Below, piece by piece: positions 35,951 through 47,655 of a stretch of 64,000 bases of DNA (positions are counted from its first letter, which is position 1; each line of letters begins with the position of its first letter). Made by a program: the position numbers and the translations under genes. The notes under the pieces are model-generated. The model did no database searches, was not told the DNA's origin, and was given only the letters and a program-made list of their open reading frames with translations. The DNA comes from Narcine bancroftii (Eukaryota), in contig NC_091471.1 in the NCBI RefSeq assembly GCF_036971445.1, positions 34,410,001 through 34,474,000 on the forward strand. The letters are read 5' to 3'.

Positions 35951-37779
35951 GTGCGAGCTGGAACAGCCACACTGGGCTGCTTCGGCCTTCGGGACTGCTC
36001 TCTGCGGCTCAAAACGTGGCAGAGCAATGGCCGTCTTCTCTACCCATAGTCCCCCAGGCAGCTGGAACTGTTCTGAGAAATATAAAGTGGTTTCAGCTGC
36101 CTGGGGAATTATGGGTAGGGAAGACAGCCATTGCTCTACTGCGTATTGATGATGGGTGGTGCTACGGCACCAGTTGCCCCACCTCGGATCCGGAGGGCGT
36201 TATGAGGCGTCTCTGGATATGAATGAAGGCTGGAGCAGCCTTTTAGGGATGCTGTCTGAAAAGTAAGTTCCCATTTATCCATCTGCTCCATAGATGGTCT
36301 CAAGGCGGAGGCCCGACATGAAATGACCTTTTGGGTTTATAATTGTCCAGGAAGAAAATGATGTGTTAATCTTCAAGTTTATACCTTGATAATGGATGAG
36401 GCCAAGCGCAGACATTTACAGACATTTCTGAGTGGGAATGAAAATGATTGGCTACTGGTTGTTGTACCTTGGAGCGTGCAAGTGTTTTGGCCTAGCATTC
36501 TTACTTCAGTCACCATACGGAGGCTGCCTGACTTATTGAGTCTCTCCAGCTTCATGTTGCTAACATGAGAATGCATGTCTTTGTGTATGTGAGATCAGAA
36601 TGTATGTGCCTGTGTGTGTGTGTGTGAGTGTGTGTGTGTGAGAGCAGAATGCACATACTTGGGCTTAGAAAATGTGTTTGTCCACCTAATTGTGTGCGCT
36701 AAATCTATGCAGCAGTGACTGGTCTCCAGTTGCCTTGGACCTCATCCCATTAAACCAAGGCCTCTTCCCATCTCAAATGTGCAACGGTTGATGCGCACCA
36801 AGCACCTCGACTAAATGAATTTACATCATGGCTGAGGAGCTGTGGAAGCAAATCTTCCTCAACCCCAAGAGATTAGCTGAGAAGACAAAGATTCCTGAAA
36901 ATACACACTGCACCAGAGATACCTGGACAGTTTGATCTGTTACATATTGGACTGATTACAGTTCTGGTCTCTGATTAACATCAAGATGCCAAAAACTGCA
37001 TTGGCTGTGGCTGATTGAAATCAGGCCTGATCCAAGGGCTTTGCTAAGTACCTTCACATAAACCTTGAAAAAAAATTATTTAACACAGTAAATTGTTCTG
37101 TATTTACCTCCACACCATCAGTTAAATCAGTGCATTTTAGTTTCTGTCAAAATTAACGTTAGTACAAATTTCCTCTCAGTGGTTTGCGAAATAACTGAAG
37201 GCCAAAAGAATAGAAACATCTCATTTTGATAGATAGTCAGCACCAACGTTATTGGTCACAGCCAGAATTGAAGCCAGAGCTCGATACCCCTGAATTGAAA
37301 GGCGAAAATAATCCAGCATGTTCACTCCTGGTTCTTTTCCAGGGATCCTGGCTGGAACTGCCAAGTTCCGCCCCTCAGGCTGTTGGTATTCTGCTCCCTT
37401 TTTCTGTGGAAACAGGTGTGAAGTCTTCAGTAAACAAGTTAGCCTGGTGGGTGGGTCCCTCCTCAGTCAAGCTGTAGTGTGCTCACTGGTCCGTGACCAC
37501 TCACTTTCTCTCTCTCTCTTCAAAATCATTTGCTGCAAGATTGGAAATCCATTGCAAATTTTGTTACGTTCTCTCCAATCTCTTACTTTCTCTGCATTTC
37601 AATTCTACCAACGACTCCCTCGCACTGGATTTCTACTTTCCTTTCTGCAGAACTTTTAGCTATTAACTTCTTAATTCTAATCTGAGTATTTATTTAACTC
37701 AGGCAAAATGCTTCTTGGAATATTTCCCACTATTTAACTGTAAACGTTCCCTGCCTGTTTTGCTGTTTAACTAAAGCAA

Positions 37780-38062
37780 GCTGCTTGGAAATCAACTTGT
37801 CGAGCAGCATCTGGTTGGGGGGGGGTGGGGGGGGGATGGATTTGTCGGCGGTTCAGGTCGCAATCCACTGCATCAGGACCAAGTAAGTTAACTGGTTAGA
37901 TCAAACAGTCCGATATGTAAAGAATGTTTCTGATGCAGGGTCCGAACCCATAACATTCAGATTTTCTTCCCTTCCTCCACTGATGCTCCTTGACCCACTG
38001 GATTCAGCCAGGCACTTTGGTTTCCACCCCAAACTCTAGCATCTACAGTCTCTTGTGTCTCC
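37780..38062. mobile_element. Palindromic Penelope-derived element, degenerate
   Basis: Arms CGAGCAGCATCTG..CTGCATCAGG and CTGATGCAGGG..ACTGATGCTCCTTGACC in inverted orientation. Confidence 0.6.
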
Positions 38063-38189
38063 ATTGTGCTACCAGCGCAGTGAAGTCTCTTCTGACCTTA
38101 AAGAATGTTCTCAGGACCTGATGCAGGGGTTGTGATACAAAATGGCGACAATTCCTTTCCTCCCTGCACAGATTATTAACTTAAAACAA

Positions 38190-38456
38190 AGATATTCTAG
38201 ATATTCAGCATGATAACAGGCCCTTCCATTCCATGAGCCAGGGTTACCCAAATGCACCAATTAATCTACAAACCCCATAATACGTTTTTGGAGGGTGGGT
38301 GGGAGCCAGAGCACCCAGAGGAAACCCACCCAAACATGGGGGAATATGTGCAAACTCCTTACAGACATCATCAGATATGAACCCAGGTTGCTGGCTGTAA
38401 TAGCCTTTCACTAACCACTACACTAACCATGCCACCCTCTTCATTAACCGTGCCAC
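38190..38456 (-). mobile_element. V-SINE (HE1-like)
   Basis: GAGCACCCAGAGGAAACCCAC (V-domain reverse complement). Ends AACCGTGCCAC. Confidence 0.8.
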
Positions 38457-38614
38457 TCAACTCACTGATTTTCTCCAGCAGCTTGTTTTATGCTCCAGGT
38501 TCATGCACCTGCAATCTATTGTGACCTGATATTGGTTCATAACTTATCATTGTCTCCACACTCGGGCATATTCTGAAACATATTGCTCCAGAAATCTGCA
38601 CTGAATACTGAATA

Positions 38615-38809
38615 CAGTAAAAACCCTGTTATCTGGAATTAAAGCAACTGGCAAAAAAATTGAGGAAATAAACAAAGGTTTAAAATTATGAGTTTAAAAT
38701 TGGAAGCCTTTGCCATTAGTTCACACAACACACAATTTCAAACAACTGGAAAGTACACCTATCCGGTATCTACCAATCCCCACAGGTGCCGGATACCAGG
38801 GGTTTACTG
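38615..38809. mobile_element. Tc1/mariner (Tigger/pogo-type) MITE
   Basis: TIRs CAGTAAAAACCCTGTTATCTGG and CCGGATACCAGGGGTTTACTG, with TA at 38613-38614 and 38810-38811. Sibling copy at 56776-56987. Confidence 0.88.
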
Positions 38810-38960
38810 TATATTCAAGGAAATCCTTTTCTTTATAATTTGAGTACAGTTGATCCTCTTGAGCGGGAACATTGAAATTGCTGTAAGTAACCACTCATTT
38901 TCTAGCTGCATGATGCATAAGAATTAAGAGCAGAAATAAATAAACTGGTCCTGTGCGTCA

Positions 38961-39556
38961 TTGACAAGGCTCTACCTCAGCCCCGCCTTGGCAAGGCTCT
39001 ACCTCAGCCCCGCCTTGGCAAGGCTCTACCTCAGCCCCGCCTTGGCAAGGCTCTACCTCAGCCCCGCCTTGGCAAGGCTCTACCTCAGCCCCGCCTTGGC
39101 AAGGCTCTACCTCAGCCCCGCCTTGGCAAGGCTCTACCTCAGCCCCGCCTTGGCAAGGCTCTACCTCAGCCCCGCCTTGGCAAGGCTCTACCTCAGCCCC
39201 GCCTTGGCAAGGCTCTACCTCAGCCCCGCCTTGGCAAGGCTCTACCTCAGCCCCGCCTTGGCAAGGCTCTACCTCAGCCCCGCCTTGGCAAGGCTCTACC
39301 TCAGCCCCGCCTTGGCAAGGCTCTACCTCAGCCCCGCCTTGGCAAGGCTCTACCTCAGCCCCGCCTTGGCAAGGCTCTACCTCAGCCCCGCCTTGGCAAG
39401 GCTCTACCTCAGCCCCGCCTTGGCAAGGCTCTACCTCAGCCCCGCATTGGCAAGGCTCTACCTCAGCCCCGCATTGGCAAGGCTCTACTTCAGCCCCGCA
39501 TTGACAAGGCTCTACCTCAGCCCCGCATTGGCAAGGCTCTACCTCAGCCCCGCATT
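38961..39556 (+). repeat. 27-bp minisatellite, about 22 copies (TTGGCAAGGCTCTACCTCAGCCCCGCC)
   Basis: Near-perfect head-to-tail tandem array with no spacers. Confidence 0.97.
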
Positions 39557-39805
39557 ATCCCTGTCTTTGTGATTCCCAGATGTCATCAACCTCAGATCTG
39601 AATGAACTCAACACTCTTGATAGATGGACCTGACACCCAAAATGTCGATGGACCATTTCCATCCATGCTTGCCACCTGTCCTGCTGAGTCCCTCCAGCTT
39701 CTCTTGATTTGTTCAGCCTCCTCAGTCCTCTGGAGCCAGGAAACACAAAGGATCACTCCCCTCTGAGTGAAAAAATGTATCCACACAGAATAGTAGTTCT
39801 TCAGA

Positions 39806-40030
39806 GCGGCACGGTTAGAACAGTAGATAGCACAATGCTGTTGCAGCACCAGGGACTGGAGTTCAGACCCAGCACTGTCTGTAAGGAGTCTGTATGTTCT
39901 CCCTGCATCTGCCTGCGTGGATTTCCTCCCACCCTTCAAAAACGTATCAAAGTTGTAGGTTAATTGGGTGTAATTGGGGAACACGGGCTCATGGACTAAA
40001 AGGGCCTGTTACCGTGTTGTGTAAATTTCT
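39806..40030 (+). mobile_element. V-SINE (HE1-like)
   Basis: GCGGCACGGTTAG head, B-box GAGTTCAGACC and tail GGGCCTGTTACCGTGTTGTG. Confidence 0.85.
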
Positions 40031-40239
40031 AAATTAAAAAAAAATTGAAGATACAGCATGAAAAGGTGTATTGGCCCACCATGTCTGAACCGAGCACGAT
40101 GCCAATTTGAATTAAATCTCTTCTGCCTGCACACGATCCATACCTCTCCATTCTCTTCATGTTCATATATCTAACACCCTCTTAAATGCCATTATAGTAT
40201 CTTCGTCCACCACTACCCCTGGTTCCAGGGGCCTATCAC

Positions 40240-40775
40240 AGTCTTCCTGAGAAGACTGAAGCAGACACGTCTACCAGCCACATTACGTCAACCTTTTATT
40301 ATCGAGAACTCCTTAGCCATCTACATCACAGTGGGGTACGGTTGCTGAAGAGAAATGGATCGGAGGTCGATCCGCAGGACCACAAGAGTGGCCAAGAGGA
40401 CCATTGGAGCCTCCCCCGTCAACGTGATCTACTGGAATCATTGTCTGAAGAGGGCATGGAAAATTATTGAGGACTCCTTTCACCCCGCACACAGCATCTT
40501 TCAGCTGCTCTAGTCAGGAAAGAGATGCAGGAGTATTGGAGCCAGCGCCACCAGGCTGAGGAACAGCTTTTTCCCACGGGCAGTGAGAATGCTGAATAAC
40601 CAAACGAACTTCTTGCACTCACCATCTGAGACTATATATATATTATGAATACTTGTCCTGCATGTGTGTTATGTCTGCTTGTGTGTCTGCATGTTTTGGA
40701 CCGAGGACAGGAGAATGTTATTTTGTCAGGTTGTGCTTGTGCAATGAGACGACAATAAACTTGACTTGACTTGAG
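40240..40775 (+). mobile_element. Rex1/Babar LINE 3' fragment
   Basis: KIIEDSFHPAHSIFQLL*SGKRCRSI..TRLRNSFFPRAVRML, then AATAAA and a (CTTGA)3 tail. Confidence 0.9.
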
Positions 40776-40779
40776 TCCG

Positions 40780-41105
40780 CAGCTTATCTACTAGAGTCAC
40801 TGCCTCACAGAACTAGTATCCTGACCTCAAGTGCTCTCTGTGAGGAGTTTGAACATTTTTCCTGTGACCTGCATGGTTTTCTTCCAGATGCCCTAGTTTC
40901 CTCCAACCTTGCAAAAATGTGCTGGTTTATAAACAACCGTAAATTTCCCCTAGTGTGTAACTGACTCAAATCTGGGGGTGGGGGAAGAGTTGATGAGAAT
41001 GTGGAGAGAATAAAGAAAGAGATTGATGTATGATTAGTGTAAATCGATTGTTTGTGGTTAGCATGGACTCAGTGAACCAATGAGCCTGTTTCCAAGCTGT
41101 GTCTT
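40780..41105 (+). mobile_element. Older V-SINE variant
   Basis: GAGGAGTTTGAACATTTTCCTGTGACCTGCATGGTTTTC..CTAGTTTCCTCC V-domain and tail GCCTGTTTCCAAGCTGT. Confidence 0.7.
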
Positions 41106-41496
41106 CAATGCCTTCAGGGCACGTATTCAGTACAAAGCTGGCAATTGAACCTGAAGATTTGTAACTGAATGAACTATCAATCACGTCTCTCTGAGATAAC
41201 CTGACTTCATTGGGTCCCCCTTTTCCTCCAAAATCAAACTGTATATGTGCTGGATTCAAGCTCCATTCACGGATGTCCGAATGTAATCTATACTAATAGT
41301 TCAGCAAAGTAATGGGAGAGAATGATGCTCTCATTTTTACATTCAGACTGTAAAATTTGATTTTGAAACGGTGTCATGGAAATTAAAATAAAGCCAATTA
41401 ATTTACTTTTATTTGTGAAACTTTGCTGTGCCATTTGTGTGTTTGGCAAAAGAAAGACTCCAGAAAGAAAAAAAAAGATAGAAAGTGTTCGGTGAG

Positions 41497-41705
41497 GTAA
41501 AAACACACAGAAACACTGGAGGAACTCAGCCGGTCTTGCAGTGTCCATAGGAAGCAAAGATATATTTCAATGTTTCGGGCCTGACCTTAATGTCAGTAAT
41601 TTATCCTTACCTCCTAAGGATGCTGCGAGAACGGCTGAGTTCCTCCAGCGTTTCTGTGTGTTTTTACTACAATCTCAGCTTCTGCAGACTTGTGTGTTTC
41701 ACTCC
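41497..41705. mobile_element. Palindromic Penelope-derived element with about 66-bp inverted arms
   Basis: GTAAAAACACACAGAAACACTGGAGGAACTCAGCCG (41497) pairs with CGGCTGAGTTCCTCCAGCGTTTCTGTGTGTTTTTAC (ends 41667). Confidence 0.85.
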
Positions 41706-42029
41706 AGTTTTCTGTGATAGCCTGGGTGTTCAATTAGGTGGAATGTGAGGATAAGTTCTTCCTTTTTGTCCTGAATTGTTGGTCTGGTGGTGACTACTTA
41801 ATTTATACAAAGTTATCAGCAGCTGTAATGTAAAAGAAAACCTAAAACTTAAATCAGTTTCAGACGGAGGGAAAGGGTGATGGAGACGATGGAGGTGCAT
41901 GGAAACAAAGACTATGTGTTAACCCTGTCACATATGTATTTGGGTTGAGAGAGATTTCTTTATTACCCAGCAGGTTAATTTAAGGAGTATTAGTTGGATC
42001 CTATAACTTTCCAATTAGGCAGCTTCTGC

Positions 42030-42500
42030 CATCCTAATGAGGGACAATGAGGAGATTATGGGCACCTTTTGTCTTGCAAAGCAGTGCCTTTCTTCTGTGG
42101 GTGTGACAAAGGTGTTTCTCAGTCCTCAGAATGGAGTTACTGTGGCTGATAAGTTTATTCAGCCGCCAGAATAATGTCGAAGGGGAAAGAAAGAAGAGGG
42201 CCAATGCTCCCCGGAGCAGCAGGGGGGGTCAGAGAAGCGGAGCGGCCTAAATTAGGCTCATCAATCTGTCCATTAATGCAAAGCTTCTCTTCATTGTTGG
42301 GAAGCCTGTAAAGCTGTCATTTAATGGCAGCTCAGCGTTTTAATGCCAAGCTGTTTGTGACACTCTCCCCTCTTACTCCCTTCTCTGTTGATGGTATTGC
42401 CATCTCACGCACCCCCTTCATCCATGGGGAAAGACACTGTCTGCTCACAGTAGTCTGGCTAATTAGGCTTTGGCCATTGTGTGTGCTCTGACAAAGAAAA
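42030..42500. promoter_or_regulatory. Candidate conserved developmental enhancer
   Basis: TE-free block with clustered Sox (ACAAT/ATTGT), homeobox (TAATTA, ATTAAT), Meis (TGTCA/TGACA) and Pbx-like (ATCAATC) motifs. Conservation not tested. Confidence 0.4.
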
Positions 42501-42939
42501 GTACAGGGAAATTAAACCACATTCATTCATTTTTAACCCCCCCCCCCCCCCCCATTCTTCCTCCAAAAGAACAGGAGTATCTGGTTTTATTTTAAAATTG
42601 TTAGTCAATTTTAATCACACCGAGGTAAGGTTGGGTCTAGATCCTGTTACAGGGATGTTTAAATGAAAAGGGAATGAGTTGTTTGAAAGACTGCATTTGC
42701 TTGAATGCCTTCAGCTTAATGTTGCACACAAGTCTACTGGAGGAGTTTGATTTTCAGAGTGGCAGGGGCCGTCTGCTATGATCTTGAGGGACAGCCCACT
42801 GTCCTTTACGATCTGTTTTTGCTGTGAGCTCCTTTGACCATTACTGCACACAGTACTGATGACTTCTCCAGTTTCGTTTAGACCGCCCAACTAGGATCCT
42901 TTTTGCATCATTCAAAGGTGATTGCTATCCAGGAGCCCC

Positions 42940-43180
42940 GCAGGAGATTGCAGATACTGGAATCTGGGGCAAAACGCGATCTGCAGAAGGATCTCGGCGC
43001 CTCAGACAGGATCAGCGGGAGAGGAAGAATGGCCGACGTTGCGGGTTGGCACCGTTCATCAAGACCCAAACCTTCCATTATTAATCTTAATGAAGGGTTC
43101 TGTCCCGAAATTCTTTTACTCCCTCTGAAGCTGCTTGTGCCGCTGAGTTCCTCCGGCAGATTGTGTTCTGCTCTTATCCA
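42940..43180. mobile_element. Palindromic Penelope-derived element
   Basis: ATCTGCAGAAGGATCTCGGCG pairs with CGCTGAGTTCCTCCGGCAGAT. Degenerate hammerhead-like cores on both arms. Confidence 0.7.
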
Positions 43181-43562
43181 ACCTGACATAACGACCGCAC
43201 AAACCTTTACGATTAGGGAAAGCATTAATAGCTCATATGAAATGTGATTAATGTGTCATTGATATGACCATATTAGGCCCAGCTTGCCCACACTGAACAA
43301 CATGCCCTCCCTCTTTAGTCCCACTTGCCTGTATTTGACCCACATCCCTCCAATCCTCTCCCATCCATGTAATTAAAGGAAGCTAATGTACCTGCCTCCA
43401 CCACTTTGTCTGGCAATTTTTCCATATTCCTACTGCTCTTTGAGTAAACAAACTATCCTGTTGATACGTCCCTTCTAAATCCCTCTTCTCTTGGATTCTC
43501 CTACTCTATGAAACAGGCTGTCAGTACTCACATCATCTAGGCCCTTCGTGATTTTATAACCT

Positions 43563-46500
43563 GGTGGGAATCAGAATGTGAGTGCAGAGATTAGGGCAGA
43601 AGGTCAAAAACATGATGCTATGTGTTCTGAGTTAGTGAGGAAGGACAGGCAGGAGACAGAAGATAAATGTAGCCAGTTCAAGGGGATGAAATGTGTCTAT
43701 TTCAGCGCTCGGAATATTAGGAATAAAGGGGATGAGCTTTTTTTTAAAAACTTTATTTAAAGATTTTATCACATGAATAAAACAAAAAAAATTACATTTA
43801 AATAAAAATAAAAATAAAGTAATTATTACAACACAGCATTAATGACCTAACTTAAATCAGTCTAACCACCCCCCACAAGGGGATGAACTTGAATATGGAT
43901 CAGTACATGGAATTACAATGATGTGGCCATTACAGAGATGGCTGGAGGAAGAGCAGGATTGGTGATGCAGGTACTGGGGTTTAGGTGTTATAAAAGGAAT
44001 AGGATGGGAGGTGGAGTAGCATTACTGGTCCTGACCAGCATCACGGCTATGTCAACTGAGTCACTGTGGGTGTAAGTCAGAAATAAGAAGGAAGCAATTA
44101 TTGTGCTGGGAGTAGTCTGTAGACCCCTAAACAGCACTCAAGACACCGAGGAGCACATAAGCAGGCAGATTTTAGAGTGGTGCAGGGAATACAGGGTGGT
44201 AGTTATGGGTTATTTCAAATTCCTTCGTATTGATTGGTACCTTCTGACTCCAAGAGGGATAGATGGGGATAAATTTGTCAGGTGTGTTCAAGAAGGATTC
44301 CTGACACAGGATGTGGACCAGCCGATGAGTGGAGAGGCCATACTGGATCTAGTTCTGGGTAATGAACCTGGTCAGGTGGTGGACCTCTCAGTGGGGGAGC
44401 ATGTTGGTGAGAGTGATCACAACTCCCTTAGCTTCAGCAAAGCTATGGAAAAGGATTAAAAAAAGACAAAATAGAAAAGTACTTAAGTGGGGAAAGGCTA
44501 ATTATGAAGGGATGAGGCAGGAATTAACAAGAGTAAATTGGAAACGGATGTTCGAGGGTGAAAGCACAGAAGTAATGTGGAGGAAGTTTAGGGACCACTT
44601 ATGCTGGGTTCGGGATAGGTTTGTCCTCTTGGGAGAAACAAAAGATGGGAAAAGCAAACTGTGGCTGATGAAACATGAGGCCACTAGTCAAGGGGAAGAA
44701 GGAAGTATATATTAGATATAGGAAGCAGGAAGTATATGGTAGCCAGGAAGGAGCTTAAGAAAGGACTTAGGAGAGCTCAAAGGGACCATGATAAGTCCTT
44801 GGCATGCAGGATTAAGGAGAATCCCAAGGCATTCTATGTGTATGTGAAGAAAAGAAGAATGATGAGAATGAAGGTTAGGTTGCTAAAAGATAAAGGAGGC
44901 AACATGTTCCTGGATGTGGAGGAGATTGGGGAGGTCCTAAATGAATACTTTGCTTCAGGATTCACAAAAGGATTTTGATCAGGGTGAGGTCAGAATAGAG
45001 CAGGCTTGTGTGCTGGACTATGTGGAGATTAAGGAAGAGGAACTGTTGGATCTTCTTAAAAACATTAAGATTGATAAGTCCCCGGGGCCAGATACTAAAT
45101 TCCCCAGGTTGTCGTGGGAAGTGAGGGAAGAGATAGCTGGGGTAGTGGCTATGATCTTTGAATCCTCTTTGGCTGCAGGGGAGGTGCCAGAGGATTGGAG
45201 AATGGCCAATGTAGTCCCTTCGGTTAAAAAAGGTAATAGGGAGAATCCTGGGAATTATAGACCAGTGAGACTCACGTCAATGGTGTGCAAATGATTGGAG
45301 ATGATTCTTAAGGATAGGATCTACTCAAGGATAGTCAGCATGGCTTTGTGAAGGGAAGGTTGTGCCTTACAAGCCTAATTGAGTATTTTGAGGAGGTAAC
45401 AAAAGAAATTGATGAGGGTAGGGCAGTAGATGTGATCTACATGGATTTTAGTAAGGCATTTGACAAGATCCCCAAGAGCAACTCATCCAAAAAGTCATGA
45501 TCAGTGGAACCTTGGATGTGTGGATTAAAAAAATGGCTTTGAGAAAGAAAGCAGAGGGTAGTAGTGAAAGTATTCTGCCTGGAGGTCAGTAACTAGTGGA
45601 GTGCTGCAAGGATCTGTTCTGCGTCCCCTGCTCTTTGCAGTTTTTAAAAATTACCTGGATGAAGATGCGGAAGGATGGGTCAGTAAGTTGGCAGATGACA
45701 TGAAGGTTGAAGGAGTTATGGATGGAGCTGAAGGTTGTCAAAGGTTACAAGAGGATATAGACAGATGCAGAGATGGGCAGAAAAGTGGCAGACGGACTTC
45801 AATCCGGATGATATATTTTGGAAGGACAAACCAGAAGGCTGAGTACAGGTTTAGTGGTCGGTTACTTAAGAGTGTAGATGAGCAGAGGAACCTTGTGATT
45901 CAAATCCATACATCCCTCAAGGTCACCGCACAGGTTAATAGAATAGTTAAGAAGGCCTATGGGATACTGGGCTTCATAAATAGGGGGATTGAGTTTTGGA
46001 GTAGCAAGGTCATGTTGCAATTTTACAAATCTCTGGTAAGACCACACTGAGAATATATTGTTCAGTTCTGGTCACCTCACTATAGGAAGGTTGTGGAGGC
46101 TATGGAAAGGGTGCGGAGATTTACCAGAATGTCATCTGGATTGGAAAACAAATCTTATGAGGGAAGGTTCGCAGAGCTGGGTCTTTTCTCTTTGGAATGC
46201 AGGAAGATGAGAGGAGACTTTAGATAGAGGTCTACAAGATTATGAGACACTAGTTAGGGTGGACAGCCAGCACTTTTTTCCAAGGCAAGAATAGCAAACA
46301 CCAGAGGACATGAGTACAAAGTGATGGGAGGTAAATTTAGAGGAGACTTTAGGGGTAAGTTTTGTATGAAGAATTGTAGGTGCCTGGAATGCCTCACCAA
46401 GGATGGTGGTGGAGGCTCAAACATTAGAGACATTTAAGAGACTTTTAGACAGGTACATGGATGGAGGAAAAATGGAGGGTTATGGGGTAAGGAGGGTTTA

Positions 46501-46573
46501 GTACTTGTTTTTTGTAATTTATGGGTTGTCACAACATCGAAGGCCAAAGGGCCTGTACTGTGCTCTATGTTCA
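43563..46573 (+). mobile_element. Near-complete CR1 ORF2 region (endonuclease plus RT plus tail), nested in an antisense CR1 remnant (about 43265-43562 and 46574-46720)
   Basis: MKCVYFSARNIRNK, ILDLVLGNEPGQV..SDHN, KSPGPD, PEDWRMANVVP..KKG..PGNYRPV, QGSVL and SKLADD motifs. Confidence 0.95.
43740..43876 (-). mobile_element. Short poly(A)-tailed retro-insertion (L1-type 3' end) with 14-bp TSD
   Basis: T-tract plus TTTATT (antisense AATAAA). TSD AAGGGGATGA(G/A)CTT at 43726-43739 and 43877-43890. Confidence 0.85.
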
Positions 46574-46959
46574 AATTGATCTCCTCTCAGCCTCTTTTGC
46601 TCCAAGGAAAGGAAAACAGGCCAAGATTTTCTAGTTTCTCAGAACAATTCACCTTCTTTAATCCTAGCAATAGCTTTGTAAACTTTTTCTGTACCCTTTC
46701 CAACTTTATAATATCCTTCCACCAAATGTATTGTCTTAGGTTCTTGAAAAGTTATTATTTTCTGGCAAAGAGCTAAAGAAACCATTGGTTGTTTAAAATA
46801 TCATGAATGTTAGTCTTTTGGTCCCTTCCTTCCTGTGTTCCTCCACGGTTCACCATTTTCTGGAGTTGAAGAGGGGGGAAGAGTCAGTCACTAAGAGGCT
46901 CACCAGAGCAGTTTGAGGTACAGTTCATTCCAATTTGTATTCTGTTCCTGCAAAGCCTA

Positions 46960-47655
46960 ACTCTCCTCAACCTTGCACTCAACATTAGCAAAACCAAAGA
47001 GGTAATTGTGGATTTTAGGAGGAAATCAGGGGAACACGACCCAGTCCTCATCAAGGGTTCAGCAGTGGAGAGGGTCAAGAACTTCAAATTCCTGAGTATC
47101 AACATCTCCGAGGATCTGTCCTGGAGTCTCAATGTCGATGCAATCATGAAGAAGGCTCACCAGTGGGTATACATTGTGAGGTGCTTGAGAAGATTCGGTA
47201 TGTCACGAAAGACTCTCAAAAACTTCTACAGGTGTAGAAGTTGTGGAGAGCAATCGCTGTCTGATATGGGAGTGCCAAGTCTCAGGACAAGAATAAACTT
47301 CAGAGGGTGGTTAACTCAGCCTGCGACATCACGGGCACCAGACTTCACTTCATCAAGAAGCGGTGTCTTAAAAATGCAGCCTCTATCCTCGAGGAGCCCC
47401 ACCACCCAGACCATGCACTCTTCACTCTGCTACCATTAAGTAAAAGGTACAGGAGCCTGAAGATGAGTACTCAGAGGCAAAATGACAGCTTCTTCCCCTT
47501 TCCCATTAGATTCCTGAATGATCAATGAACCACAGACTCACTCTATCTTTTTCTTGCACTATTTGATTTATTTTGAAATGGGGTTTATAGAAATGTTTGC
47601 GGCGTGATGCAAACAACAAATCTCACAACATGTTCACGACAGTAAATTCTGATTA
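46960..47655 (+). mobile_element. Rex1/Babar LINE 3' fragment
   Basis: LNISKTKEVIVDFRR..VERVKNFKFLSINISEDLSW and HHPDHALFTLLP..RYRSLK. Confidence 0.92.

Noticed and set aside
37190-37750. LTR/ERV-like non-coding segment
   Set aside because: Termini, TSD and coding motifs could not be identified.
38961-39572. 203-aa ORF (LARLYLSPA)n, or a CRISPR-like array
   Set aside because: It is a pure 27-bp tandem repeat with no spacers and no cas genes in a eukaryotic context. The ORF starts at TTG and is open only because the unit is a stop-free multiple of 3.
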